A stretch of DNA of 64,000 nucleotides from positions 10,912,001 to 10,976,000 of the forward strand of contig OZ024750.1 in the NCBI GenBank assembly GCA_964016885.1, in the 5' to 3' direction. The number at the start of each line of letters is the position of its first letter. Position 1 is the stretch's first letter. Below the pieces are notes generated by a model. The model did not search any database. It was not told the origin of the DNA and saw nothing but the letters and a program-made list of their open reading frames with translations. The position numbers were made by a program, and so were the translations under genes. Origin of the DNA: Eledone cirrhosa. Taxonomy: Eukaryota. Shown piece by piece: positions 43,315 to 57,722 of the stretch.

Positions 43315-44676
43315 TTGTTGAATACCTGTTGAATGGGGAACAACACTGGGGCAATTTATCAGTGGCTATCTACTATGGCTATGGTTAGAAATTATTAAGA
43401 AACTTAGCTTTCTTTACAGCTGAAGCCTGACTCAGCCCCTATACCGAAGTAAGCAAAGGATCAAATGGGTTTTACGTTTGTGGAACATTTAGTAATGCAG
43501 GTTTACATTACATGAGTTTAATACTAAAATTTAGCTTCCTCGAGGTATTTTCTTTTGTTATCTGCATTTATATGTGTAGAGTGTTACTGTTTGTAATACT
43601 TTAGATACCTTTTGTATCTTTTTCTCTCTAGCAATTAATATCTTCCTTGAAAAACAATTTCTGCCATGACAATGACAAAGCAATTTACACTTGAAAATAA
43701 TTTCCAAAAGATTTTGATCTTTCTGTAGAAAATACGTAGAAGCAAATACTAAAATAATTTACTGTGTGAAATTTAATTTGTTGCCACGTGATTATCAGTA
43801 TATTTGCTTAACATTTTTTTTTTGAATTGATTTACCAAAAGCATTCTCTTGTTTACGTGCAAAATTTCGCTTCAGAAAATCTACCATTTTTTTTCTTATC
43901 TTCATAAAATATAAAACGCAACGCGAATTTTCATAGGCATTTAATCGTGATTGTGTGATTAAATTTGAACTATTTTGTGTTTAAAATATTTTTTTTGTAG
44001 TAATGTCTTCGTTAGCGCGCAGAAACTGTTGTGCCTGGTGTTGTTGCTTCTTCAAGTATTTCATGTAAACTGTTTTCCTTGACACATAACAATTGTTTTG
44101 CTTCTAATTTTTTTTTTACGTATATCTTCGTGTTTTTGTCGATGGCATATTTGTCTGTTCTTTTGCAACATTTTGTTTTATTATTTCCAAAGAAACTTCA
44201 TTAACGATATGTAAATTTATAGAAAAAAAAATATTTCCCTAGATGAACAGAACTACAGTGTTTACTATTGCATTATTATATAAGTTAGCAGTTTGTTATT
44301 GGTCGAGACATCATTCCTTACTCTATCTCTGATTTGTTTACAAAAAATAATATCAGAAAAACAACAACATTACTACTACTATTACTACTAAAAATAATGA
44401 TATTTATAATGCTAATAACAACAGGAATAATAAATTGTTGTGGAAGAAACCTTAAAATGTGACATCTCCACAACCCTCGCCCACACAGAAAGTGTGAAAG
44501 TAAATTATAGCTTCATTCCTGAAACATAAGTGTCAAAATAATCCATTTGACTTGGATTAAACACCAACTACACACACACACACAAAACCATGTAAAATGA
44601 TGTCAGTTCAATTAACTTTGAATGTCAAGGTCAAAACGTGACAAACACATATAGTAATATGAATAAGTATAAAAAC

Positions 44677-44677
<1 letters not shown>

Positions 44678-44730
<53 letters not shown>

Positions 44731-45597
44731 ATATATATATATATATGTAATATATATATATATGTAATATATATATATATATATATATGTAATATATATA
44801 TATAATATATATATATATGTAATATATATATATATATATGTAATATATATATATATATATATGTAATATATATATATATATATGTAATATATATATATAT
44901 ATATATATAATATATATATATATGTAATATATATATATATATATATGTAATATATATATATATATATAATATATATATGTAATATATATATGTCTATATA
45001 TATGTAATATATATATATGTAATATATATGTAATATATATATATGTAATATATATATATATATATGTAATATATATATATACATGTCATATATATATATA
45101 TGTAATATATATATATGTAATATATATATATATGTAATATATATATATATATGTAATATATATATATATGTAATATATATATATATGTAATATATATATA
45201 TATATGTAATATATATATATATATGTAATATAAATATATAAGTAATATATATATTTATGTAATATATATATATAAATAATATATATATATGTAATATATA
45301 TATATAAATAATATATATATTACATATATATATATATATTACATATATATATATTACATATATATATATATTACATATATATATATATTACATATATATA
45401 TATAAATAATATATATATATGTAATATAAATATATATATATGTAATATAAATATATAAGTAATATATATATATATGTAATATATATATATAAATAATATA
45501 TATATGTAATATATATATATAAATATTATATATATATGTAATATATATATATAAATAATATATATATATATGTAATATATATATAAATAATATATAT
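44678..45597. repeat. (TA)n satellite with periodic tgtaa interruptions
   Basis: Directly visible; orientation flips to ttaca at about 45320-45395. Confidence 0.95.
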
Positions 45598-46087
45598 AAA
45601 CAATATACTTTTATTGGTTGTAAGAAACACAATTAACGTGTGTTTACTGTTGCAGATTTATTAAGAAAACAATACAAAGATAACATGCTTGTTTTTCAAT
45701 TTATAAATCATTTGCCAATATTCTAAATTTGACATCATTAACAACAACGTTCACTTTATTACAGTATGGTGTTTTGCTTGAGGAATTCTTTTATCTGTGC
45801 CTGAATAATTTTCTATGTATGTGGAGAAAAAAATAACACTGAATAGCTGCGCAGTGTAGACAACAAATGTTTTAATATCTAGCAGCAGTTATTTCTGAGG
45901 GTTGTTTTTTTTCAGCTGTAGATTTTATAATTCTCCAATCTTAGTGAAGAAATAATTAGAAGCATCGCCTGAAATGTCCATAGACTGAAACGTTTATAGG
46001 CGGACCAAGATACTCTCATGTAATGACGAAATGAGGTTTATCTGTCAATATAATCCATGGAAAGAAACAATGCAGTTATTATTATTC

Positions 46088-46710
46088 GGGCGGTGGATTG
46101 ACAGTATCGGTAGAAGATTGGACGCCATGCTTTGCAGCATAGAGTTATGGCCCTTTATGATCTGAGTTCAAATCCCGCCGAGGTTAACTTTATTTTGTCG
46201 ACCCCGTAAGGATGAAAGACAAAGTACCAGTAACGTACTGGAGTCGATTTAATCGACTTTCCCCTCTCCCCGAAATTACTGGCCTTGTGCCTATAATAGA
46301 AATCATTATTATTAGGGCGGTGGATTGGCAGTATCGGTAGAGGGTCGGACGCCATGCTTTGACGCATAGAGTTACGGCCCTTTATGATCTGAGTTCAAAT
46401 TCCGCCGAGGTTAACTTTGCCTTTCATCCTTACGGGGTCGATAAAATACAGTACCAATAATGTACTGTTTAATTGTGGCCTTGTGCCAAAAGTAGAAACA
46501 ATTATTATTATTATTTGGATTGGCAGTATCGGTAGAGGGTCGGACGCCATGCTTTGACGCATAGAGTTACGGCCCTTGCCATTCTGAGTTCGAATCCCAC
46601 CGAGGTTAACTTTGCCTTTCATCCTTACGGGGTCGATAAAATAAAGTACCAGTAATGCACTGGGTAATTGCTGGCCTTGTGCCAAAAATAGAAACAATTA
46701 TTATTATTAT
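46088..46710 (+). mobile_element. Three tandem SINEs separated by (ATT)n
   Basis: Family consensus at about 46088, 46314 and 46517. Confidence 0.88.
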
Positions 46711-47766
46711 TAAAAATCCACCAGTCAGCCATCCAGATGGCCAACTAAACTCCAAGCCATGTAATTGATCAACTAGTTAGCAAACCAGCCAGCAAACTAA
46801 ACACTCAGGCATCAAATAATAAGTCGTTCGTGGGACTACTCAAAATTTAGAATGCCAACGACGGTCATGTTACATTTTTCACTGAAGCATTGTTTAACAT
46901 GGTACGAAAATGAAGATACAAGTTATTTTAAAGTAATTAAAGTATGGTGTGATATACACAAAAAAACTGCTTGTGTAAATTTACTTTGTAAATAATTTGT
47001 AAATCATTGTTGAGTAAATTGTGTACGCAGTTGTGTCAGAATATATTTTCTAAGTGTTTCCGTTAGTCTATAGTTTATAGACTTACCCTACTGTTATAAA
47101 ATACCAGGTTGATTATGTAAATTAATACATGGTATACATATTACATTCATACTAATGGTTAACTAACATTAAAATTAATTTATGAGTATAGATTTTTAAA
47201 GAGAAAATTATTCAAAATTATATACATTTATGTGATGGGTGTAAGTTCAAAGAGTATTCGTTAACGAAACTTACTAGAAATTTCAAAGTTCAAACTTGTA
47301 ATATATTGAATTTATAGTAGTTCACATATATTCTCAGTAACTTACGAAATTCGCCATCTTGTATTAAATGAAGGAAAAATGACACAGCTGTATGGCTAAT
47401 GAAATTTGGAGAATAGATTTGACATCAACGTATAAATACAAAAAGAATATGTTTTATTAGGTATAAAACATCTTATCTTCTAACACGTTTACATCATTGT
47501 TACACGTATATGCTATTTAATTATAATTTAGTCTAATACATTTAAACTTTAGTTAAACTTAGAAAAGTTAACAACACCTTGCAGAAATTTTTCACGTGTC
47601 TTAATAAATAATTTAACTGAACGAACGGCAATGTTGAAGAGTGTGACAAATTATTTAAATTTAAGTTTAAGTCAACATCTTTTATTCAAGTCACTCGTAT
47701 TGAGATGAGTGAGTTACAATAAATAACCGTGTGCTACAAAAGTGCAGGTTTTAAATTGATTGCATT

Positions 47767-47922
47767 CGGACGCCATGCTTTACAGCATAGTTACGTCCCT
47801 TTACGGTCTGAGTTCAAATCCCGCCGAGGTTAATTTACTTTTCATCCTTACGGGGTCGATAAAATAAAGTACCAGTAATGTATTGGGTAATTGATGGCCT
47901 TGTGCCAAAAGTAGAAACAATT
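47767..47922 (+). mobile_element. SINE, main family, 5' truncated
   Basis: Family consensus. Confidence 0.85.
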
Positions 47923-47984
47923 ATATAAATATATATATAAGTAGTAGCACAACAGTTAGTTCACCATACCGAGAACAATTGTTT

Positions 47985-48069
<85 letters not shown>

Positions 48070-49481
48070 CATACACACACACACATATATAATGTAATCA
48101 AATTATTTTAGAACTTACATGTGCGTGCTTGAATGTACAATTATCTATATATACATATATATATATATATATGCATACATAAATAGTTATATATACATAT
48201 GTAATAAATGCATTGGGTGACCCACGCCCTTTCGAATTATCTACCATATCGTGGGTGAATTTGAAATTATTATTGGTTAATAAGTATATATAGTCATATT
48301 TGTTTCTTTTCATGTAATATACTTTTGTCTATTCACTTTGAAGGCTCTCTGAAACTGCAATATTTAAATGTCAAATTCAGAGGTTACCACTTTGAACGAT
48401 GGTTCTTTCGGGTCACTATGTTAAGGATTGTTGCTTGGAACTGACGATTTTCAGGTGAAACAAGTTTAAATTTTTATGTTTTATTAATTCCTTTCATAGA
48501 AATATTACACGGATGTAATAACTTATTGTAAAACGCTTTAGCCAGCGGTCATAACTTCACAGAAGAGAAAATGGATCACGCACATTTCATGTTAATCCTT
48601 TTAACTATCTTCTAGTAACTTTCTATACTGTTATATACTTAATAGTAATGTTCTGCTTACGTTAATACAAACATTTCCCGGATAAAACTTTAATGATGTT
48701 ACACAGGGTGCTTTAAAGTATTTAACCAAACCCTGCTATTTGAATACGTAGATGCTTTATATTCAAATCTAACTAATTTGACTTATTCACACTAACAATC
48801 CCTTTATTTGTTATTTTTATAGGTAAACCCTTTCTCTTTTTCGCTTTAGAAATCCTTTATGTTTCAGCTACAGAGTGATCTAGCCTTTCGAGTAGGATTT
48901 TTAAGAGAGCTTTAGAAATAAAGAGGCGCAAAATGGAATCTGTTCGTTAATGACTGATATGTATGCATGATATTTGCATGGCAAATAGCTTGTCACGAGT
49001 TTATGACCGAAGATTGTTACGAGTTTATGACCGAAGTGACAAAGCTAGGACCGGAAAGGTTTTCTCATACTATATTGTATTTTAAAGAATTATATGGAGT
49101 TTCTCTATCGTTGAATGTAAAAAAAAAAGGGGGGGGGTGTTTGTTTGTCTCATTTTAGGTAATTAACTTTCGTGTGATTGTATTTATATAACTGTGAATA
49201 TGAATATGTGAGTGAAATCATGTGTATGTATGTTTGTAAGTATATGTCAGTGCATACATTTATAATAGCATATAGTTACTTATATGTATATATGTATGTG
49301 TTTGTATATATGTACATATATGTATGTGTTTGTATATATGTGTATATATGTGTGTATATGTATGCTTGTATGGGATTATTGTGTTGTTGTTAGAAATTGA
49401 TTATAATTGTGATTAGTTTCTCCTTCCTCGGTTTCGAAACCTTTTCTTTCCATTTAACGCTTTTTTGTGAATAAACACTAC

Positions 49482-49867
49482 TTTTAATAGTTAGTACATG
49501 GACGGCAGTTACATGGTAACGTACCTTTAATAGTTAGTACATGGACGGCAGTTACATGGTAACGTACCTTTAATAGTTAGTACATGGACGGCAGTTACAT
49601 GGTAACGTACTTTTAATAGTTAGTACATGGACGGCAGTTACATGGTAACGTACCTTTAATAGTTAGTACATGGACGGCAGTTACATGGTAACGTACCTTT
49701 AATAGTTAGTACATGGACGGCAGTTACATGGTAACGTACTTTTAATAGTTAGTACATGGACGGCAGTTACATGGTAACGTACTTTTAATAGTTAGTACAT
49801 GGACGGCAGTGACATGGTAACGTACTTTTAATAGTTAGTACATGGACGGCAGTTACATGGTAACGTA
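49482..49867. repeat. Minisatellite, 9 x 43 bp
   Basis: Unit (c/t)tttaatagttagtacatggacggcagttacatggtaacgtac, near-identical copies, no spacers. Confidence 0.95.
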
Positions 49868-52289
49868 TTTGAAGCGTTCTCATCGATCGAAATAACAATA
49901 CTTCGATTTAGTTATTAACATTAATGCTCTGTTCGAATTTTTGCCAGCTGAAAGAATGATATCGATTATGTTGGATTTCAAGGAGGGCGAAATTATGGAT
50001 TATTCGAATGTCAGAAATGTTTATTATAGGGTATGGAATAAAATACAATAGATTTTAATAAGGTTTATCAGGTGAATGTTGTGGAAGTTTTATGTGGCGG
50101 TGGTATCCAGCTATAATTTTAGAGGAGTAGAAAGACTATTATATTTGCAAAGGAAAAGATTGAAAATATGCTGTTTGGAACTAATCAATAAAGAAGAACC
50201 TTGTAACAGAATGGTAGTCGTTTGGATGGCATCAATATGACCTTTATTTTGTGGGTATTTCGTCTCAAATGTGAAAACAATGAAAGCTCTACTTTTATTT
50301 TGACTACATTTAGCATATTTTCATATCTGTTGACTTCAACCGATGTATGAGAAGAATTTATGATTCTCATGCAATGTTTTAGGTCATATACAATTGTGTA
50401 TGATGTATATATACATACATTCATACATGTGCAATGTTAGATTGATCAAGAATTACTCACAACTCATTAGTCAATCTGAGACTGTGGTAGAAAGCACTTG
50501 GTTTTTATCTATAACTACAAAATGGTCTTATGAAACCAGTCACCATCGAAACTTCAAAGTCTATGTTAAAGTTTAAATCATAAAATATATACGCACATAT
50601 GTATATTGCATTTATCAACAAAGACAAACTTAACTAATATATATATCGCGGGGAAGGTTATCTAATAATCAAATTCGTAAACATTTCAAGAAAAACAAAA
50701 ATCAAAACATCCCATACACAGTTTATTTAAAAAGGAGGATATCGTGTTAAATCATCTTAGCTTCACTTTGTCTGGACTGTAAACTATGTAGATTATCCAA
50801 CAAGGCTAGTTTTAAATAGTAATATATATTAGATGTGTATATGTGAACACCATAAAACACAACTTACACACCCTAAGTCAAAATACTGCTGGAATAATAA
50901 TAAATATTATGGAAAGCATCTCTTTTAGTTCGAGAGATTCAACAGATTCCGATATTATACAAATATATGCAATCGTGCACACCTTTATACACACATGCTT
51001 ATGTAATTCTTAGGCTTGAAACATGTCATGGAATAATATACATTGGTATTAGTTATCCTTTCTAACCAGCAAGAAATTACAATGACATTCACCAAAAAAC
51101 ATTTCTACTGCGTACAATCAGTAAAACGTATCAATCTTGCAAGACATCTTTAACTCGAGAAAGGCGAAATCTTTAAAGAATCGATCTTTGTCGAAACGTG
51201 TTGTTATCAGTAACTAAGAACGTATTTACACTGCCTAAAGTTGACGTTCGTAGTTCCCAATGTATTTTAATTCATTCAGAGAACAAAACACAACAAACCT
51301 TTAGGCTTCATATTCTCCACTTTTGTTTCAGACTATTTTTTATATGTTACTGTATTTAACTCCTATCTATATAATTCACTACAATGGAATGGGTTATGTG
51401 CTTTGAATATCTGTATATGGCCTGGAAATAACGTTTAGATTTTGCTTAATTTACATGCTTTGTGGTTCGATTACTCACCTCTGGCTTAGTACAATTATAA
51501 GAAGTTTCACTGATGTGTGTACTAAGTGTTAACACTAAGTAACAATTTTAGTCGGACATTTGAAGCTATCAGCATATGAGATGCTTTCACGTTGTGAACA
51601 TTGCATATGATACAATGGAAAGAAAACAACCGGGGGAGTACATTTTAGTTTCAGTGACAAACCAAATTCCATAATTGACAATCGTCGAGGTTGCTGAAAA
51701 TTCCAATACAATGAAATGAAATATTTCAAGTCAACTTCTTTAGACAATGTAAAAATACCCCAGCCTAGAGTGTAATCCAGCTGCATTATTAACTGTAGCA
51801 GAAATCTGTACACAATATTTTTATTGTTTATTTCAAGGCTTTATTTGCTAAAGAAATAACAGAATCAATGCTGACTACATTGAAATACATTCCGAATGTT
51901 ATATTGTGAAGATCAGAAAAATATATCGGGCCGACATTATATTAACTGTAATACACTGGGTAATTGCTGGCCTTGTGCCTAAAGTAGAAACAATTATATT
52001 AACTGTCACAATGATTCTTAGCACTAAACAAAAAAAGGTATCTGTCAATAAATGTAGAAATTTATCAATAATAGAATACAAAGGATATACAAGCAATGAA
52101 AGAGTTTCAATTTTCATCATAAAACATTTCTTGTCTGGCTTTCCTTTTATTTGAGACCACTATCATACAAATTTAACTTATTAATTCTTTGTGTGGCAAA
52201 TCTACGTAAACTAGGCAAAAGTATGTAATTCATGTACGACTTAAAATTTAATATTTATCAAATAAAATGTATCTATTAATCTAAAACGG

Positions 52290-52475
52290 GGATTGGCAGT
52301 ATCGGGAGAGGGTCGGACAACATGCTTTGACGCATAGAGTTACGGCCCTTGCCATTCTGAGTTCAAATCCCGCCGAGGTTAACTTTGCCTTTCATCCTTA
52401 TGGGGTCGATAAAATAAAGTACCAGTAATGCACTGGGTAATTGCTGGCCTTGTGCCAAAAGTAGAAACAATTATT
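52290..52475 (+). mobile_element. SINE, main family
   Basis: Family consensus. Confidence 0.88.
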
Positions 52476-54473
52476 ATATAAATTTCTTTCTCATTATATA
52501 TATCAAGTGGTGTTTACAGTGTACCTTTTACATTCTATTGTCAAAAACTTCTTCAAATTGATTTATATCTTAGGTTTTGTCATTCCAGTGCCTTTCAAGG
52601 TAGTACAACACAGAAGTTATATAGTAGAATCCTCGATATCTTTAATGTACTCTCTGTTTATCAATTGAAAGTAACACCGTGACTTCTGAATTCTACTAGA
52701 AAACGAAACCAGGATTTTCACACCAAAACAAACACAATTTCAATATTTATTGTTATCATGTTACTTCTTATCAAGGCTAATTTTCTATATCATTAGTATC
52801 TTAATTAGAACAAAAGATAAGAAATCATGAAGTGACTGACCGTAGACTAATTTTCAAACAACCTTTCATTATCTTACACTACAAACTTGATAGAAAATAA
52901 ATATTTCCTTACTATTTCGAAAGTACATTTTGCTTAAAGCACTTCACAAACCTATTAAAAATGTTAAACAGTAATTTAAACCGCACATAATTGATCACTA
53001 GTCAAATAAGGCAATTACAGAGAACAATGAAGATACTTTATTATTTAGATCAATTGATGTACAAGTGAAATTGGCGTGAACATGTTCACGGCGTTTATAT
53101 ATGAGCAATCAACTAATTTAGAGATAATAGTTCTTCAGTTCGAATTTCTGCCTTAACAGCCATAAAATATACTCTAAAATCGTTTTGGGTGATTAGTTCC
53201 ACAGAAGAAGAACAAGTCATAAAGGTGAGATGATAAATTAACAGGAAGACACCTGGTTACAAAATGATGTCGATACGGCTCTAACAATACCAATAAATTT
53301 ATTTTCATGGAACTTATTAAAGTGAGAGAGATTTGTATTTTAGTGGGGTTATAGCTATATTTAATTAAAAAAAGCTAAAGGAAACACATTTCAAAATTAG
53401 CAGAAACCACAGTTTGGAAATTATTGCAAATTTGTTGCATACATTTTTATCATGGTAACGATGAATGGAGACAAGAAGTGACGGTTGAAATATAGTTTAG
53501 AGTGTATTACACGCGCCCACATACAGCATACACCCGTACACACATACGCACACATACACTCATACACACCTACACACATACACTCGCACACATATACGCA
53601 CATATACTGTAGTTAATGTTACTCGACCAGCATTAACAAAATATCTTAGCCATTTTAAGTTTATGTATCAAACCTGGCAATTACCACCAACTAAATTGAT
53701 TATTTGCATGATTTGAATACAGACAGCTTTATTTTCTCTACTTTCTTAAATATATTCAATGAAAAGATATATGACATAGACATTTATACATAAGTAAAGG
53801 AATATGCGTTGTGACATACATGCCAAATATATTAAAACTGTGCAAATGTATATACACAGTTACTCAGTCTTGGTATATAAATACACATAATTGTATCGTA
53901 GAATTCGGCTGGTTTACACACACGTATATAAAAAGAAAGAGGGAGACAGAGAGCGGGAGAGAAAGGGACAGGGAGGGAGAGAAAGAGGAAAGGAGAGACA
54001 GAAAGGTGGAATGAGCGAGAGAGAGAGAGACAGAAACATACTTAATGAGCTTAAGTTCAGTGGCAGAGAAATAGAGGAAAAGCGTATATATGCAACTATT
54101 AATATATACATAAAGTAACATACATATGTTTGGACTTTCTTTAATTTCATTATACATGGGTCTGCTTCTTTTTTTCAGCAAACTTTTATATATAACACAT
54201 ATGTTTGATTTTTCTTCCTTAACTTTTTAGTAATATCCTTACTATTTCCTGCGGCGAAAAAAAGAGATATTTGAAATTCTGTCAATGACTTCAAAAGAGA
54301 TATCCGGCTAGAGGGAAATATCTTGCATACGGCAAATTTCCAACAATTGTTTCCGGATTTGCATAACTCAGTTTTACAAACTCTCATCTAAAGCATTTTT
54401 ATAGGAACTTTATTTCAATTACACATGTAATTATATCCAGGTGAAAGTATATCTATTCCGTTTGTTTTGTCTT

Positions 54474-54521
<48 letters not shown>

Positions 54522-55087
54522 TGACCAGTGAAAAAAACTTGGTACATCTACATATGTATACGTGTGTGTATTCATATACATACTAGTATTTCAGTATACA
54601 TATATGGATGTACATCTTTAACTTAATTATACAACACTATACACACTAGTCACACATCACACATAACACTATACACACACGCAAACGCATGCGCAAAGAA
54701 GACAAAATAAAATAAGATAAACAAACAAGCAAATAAATAAATAAATATATAGACAGACTGAACAAAAAAAAAAAAAAAAAAAAATGGCGTAGACATACAA
54801 CACAACAGGAGGAACAATGAATATAACACCACTGACGATGTTGCAGATGTGCAACGAAAGATTTATGTAAATTATGTAAACTATATATATGTGTTTGTGT
54901 CTATATTGTATCTGTATTATTTTTGACCGCCGGTCAGTCAATGGCAACATTGAGGACCGAGTAAGTTAGATCGCAGATATATATATATAAAAGACAGCGA
55001 GAAGCGAAAACCAACCAAACAGTGAGTGTGTTCTGTTATTAATTCTGGCAATATTACGCAAATATGACCCTCCCCAAATATAACAAC

Positions 55088-55439
55088 ATATATATATACA
55101 TATGTATATATGTATATATATATGTATATACATATGTATATGTATATACATATATATATACATATGTATATATATATGTATATATATATGTATATACATA
55201 TGTATATATATATATACATACGTATATATATATATGTATATACATATGTATATATATATACATATGTATATATATATATACATATGTATATACATATATA
55301 TATATACATATGTATATACATATATATATACATATGTATATACATATGTATATATATATACATATGTATATATATATATACATATGTATATACATATATA
55401 TATACATATGTATATACATATATATACATATGTATATAC

Positions 55440-55521
<82 letters not shown>
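55088..55521. repeat. (TA)n satellite with catatg units
   Basis: Directly visible. Confidence 0.95.
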
Positions 55522-55524
<3 letters not shown>

Positions 55525-55803
55525 CGACTGACATTCAATTTTCTCATAGCTCAAAACGATTTCACAATTTTCCTTTCACTTCTCATATCAGTTTTGTTTA
55601 TCTTTCGATTCCTCTTGGGCACAGTTTCTTTTAGTCTTTCTAACTTAATATATAATTCCACTATGAAGCACTTCATATTAGTGCTATGCCTAAATAATCC
55701 TAACACGTCAGCCTCACACTATATGCAAATAAATATCAAAAGTAGGTGTTTCATACGACGCAAAAACACATATATAACTATAACTATAGCTTATTCATGT
55801 TTC

Positions 55804-55877
55804 AGTACCGAGTGAGTAAATTTTACAGATGACACCGAAATAGCGTGAAACACGTGTCTGGTAGCTCACACCGTACT
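55804..55877 (+). ncRNA. Hammerhead-like motif, CAGAUGA variant core
   Basis: ttta-CAGATGA(55826-55832)-c-ac..gt-GAAA(55847-55850)-cacgtg-TC-tgg; palindromic stem III, GUC site, distal stem I pairings gtgagt/gctcac and agtac/gtact. Confidence 0.5.
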
Positions 55878-56117
55878 CAGGTAGCTGTTACATGAGCATA
55901 GCTTAAAACATTCACAGCGAGACATGTCTATTTATAATATACATAACCATATCGCATACCCCTTCAAGTACACCCCTATTATGAATAACACTATGTTAGT
56001 GCTACTCCTAATATATATATATTATATATATATATATTAGCGTCCAGAAATAGCCGTCGAAACGGCTTGAGCTCTGCCGTCGAAGTCCTGACCCTTTTCC
56101 TATATATATATATATGT

Positions 56118-56305
56118 TTATCACGGGTTCAATCGGGGGTAACCACAGTAGGTAAGGTACTCAATACATAGCAGAGTGTAAATATTTAATATAGAAATGG
56201 CTTCCACAGGACTAGAACTGTTTCATTCGGGAGAAATCATCAGGGGCTTTCTGATGATTTCTCCCGAATGAAACAGTTCTAGTCCTGTAGAAGCCATTAC
56301 TATAT

Positions 56306-56310
<5 letters not shown>
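56118..56310. mobile_element. Fold-back element family C
   Basis: Inverted arms 56190-56243 / 56251-56304; flanked by (TA)n; homolog at 15186-15291. Confidence 0.7.
56245..56295 (+). ncRNA. Minimal type I hammerhead ribozyme
   Basis: ggcttt-CTGATGA(56251-56257)-t-ttc tccc gaa-t-GAAA(56270-56273)-cag ttctagtc ctg-TA-gaagcc; stems I, II, III all pair; GUA site, cleavage predicted after 56289. Confidence 0.7.
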
Positions 56311-56359
<49 letters not shown>

Positions 56360-57180
56360 TACTTTGTGGTTTTTTACCATGTCAGTCTTGGTCATATTTT
56401 TTAACTCCATCTCTTTCATTTTCTATTTGTCTATCGTTATCAAATTTCTTCTAATTCTCTTTCTTTTGGTTAATATCCAATCTCTTCATTCTCTATTTTT
56501 TCATCGTCTCCGATGTTTATTTTTCATGAATTCACACAGCAACATATCGTTCAACATATTTCTTTCAAATTGTTTCTCTCTATCTTGATATTTTCCCAAT
56601 CTTATTTATTTTAATATAGTTTTCTTTTTCTTCATTCTCATTTTCTCTCAAATCTCCGCTTTCTATTCCTGGCTTTATATTCATTAACATTTTCTGCTTC
56701 TGTTTTTGTCATTCTGTTTATAAATTGTTTATAAATTGTTTTAAGAGGAAGGCATATATTTTCGATTTTTTGATTTCCGAGTTAGATATGATATCAGCAT
56801 ATCAACCAAACGATCAGCCACGGGTACTACAGATACCCAAGAAAAACACTTAACCTGAATATTATTCAATGGCGCAGTATATACGCACAGTTGTAAGTAC
56901 ACTCCATAGAATTGAAACATGTATAGCTCTAAAAGGCGGAAAATTGACAGAGTCGTTAGAAAGTTAGGTAGAATGCTTTGTTGTATTTATTTTGGATCTC
57001 TACTATATGAGTTCCAATCCCACCGAGGTCAACTTTGATTTTTATCCTTCTCTGGAAGGTATATATATTTATATATGCCCAAGACCCCCAGGAAAATTTT
57101 CTCCCGTTCTTGCTCTCCTCTTTTTATAAGTATACCTTATCCTGCAACTACACAGCCCGTTTATTCTTATATATATATAT

Positions 57181-57224
57181 AAAGAAAAACAGATGAAATC
57201 GAAAATGCAACTGGAGTCTTATTT

Positions 57225-57276
<52 letters not shown>

Positions 57277-57382
57277 AAAATAAGACTCCAGTTGCATTTT
57301 CGATTTGATCTTTTTTTCTTTATACTTTCACTCGTGCAGGACACCTCGGTTATTTTTCATTTTGTAAAAAGAAACCCCTCAC

Positions 57383-57390
<8 letters not shown>
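57181..57390. mobile_element. Fold-back element family E, second copy with (TA)n in the hairpin loop
   Basis: Near-identical to 37285-37446. Confidence 0.7.
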
Positions 57391-57467
<77 letters not shown>

Positions 57468-57488
57468 TCCTGTCATTACTACTACAGA

Positions 57489-57573
57489 GGTCCGACGAGC
57501 TTTGGACTCCAGAGTTGGGCTAGATCGATACAGATCGGACCATGAGCTGATCAGTAGCAAAACGCGCGTCACC
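57489..57573 (+). ncRNA. Degenerate hammerhead with long stem II
   Basis: ggt-CCGACGA-gct...agc-AAAA-cgcgcg-TC-acc; palindromic stem III, GUC site, GAAA box reads AAAA. Confidence 0.45.
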
Positions 57574-57628
57574 AACCAACAAACGTAATGAAGGAGTAAC
57601 CATTCGTCGTTGTATTATTATATTACAC

Positions 57629-57722
57629 ACTTTGCCTTTCATCCTTACGGGGTCGATAAAATAAAGTACCAGTAATGCACTGGGTAATTGCTGGCCTGGT
57701 GCCAAAAAGTAGAAACAATTAT
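57629..57722 (+). mobile_element. SINE 3' half
   Basis: Family consensus. Confidence 0.8.

Noticed and set aside
43420-43448. 29-nt micro-exon (ttacag|...|gtaagc)
   Set aside because: Its only open phase is incompatible with the candidate exon at 37892, and there is no other support
45965-46003. cgcctgaaat-gtccatagac-tgaaacgtt...aggcg as a hammerhead
   Set aside because: Core lacks G8/A9 and the stem I register is inconsistent
49482-49867. CRISPR-like array
   Set aside because: Units are contiguous and identical with no unique spacers, there are no cas genes, and the context is eukaryotic
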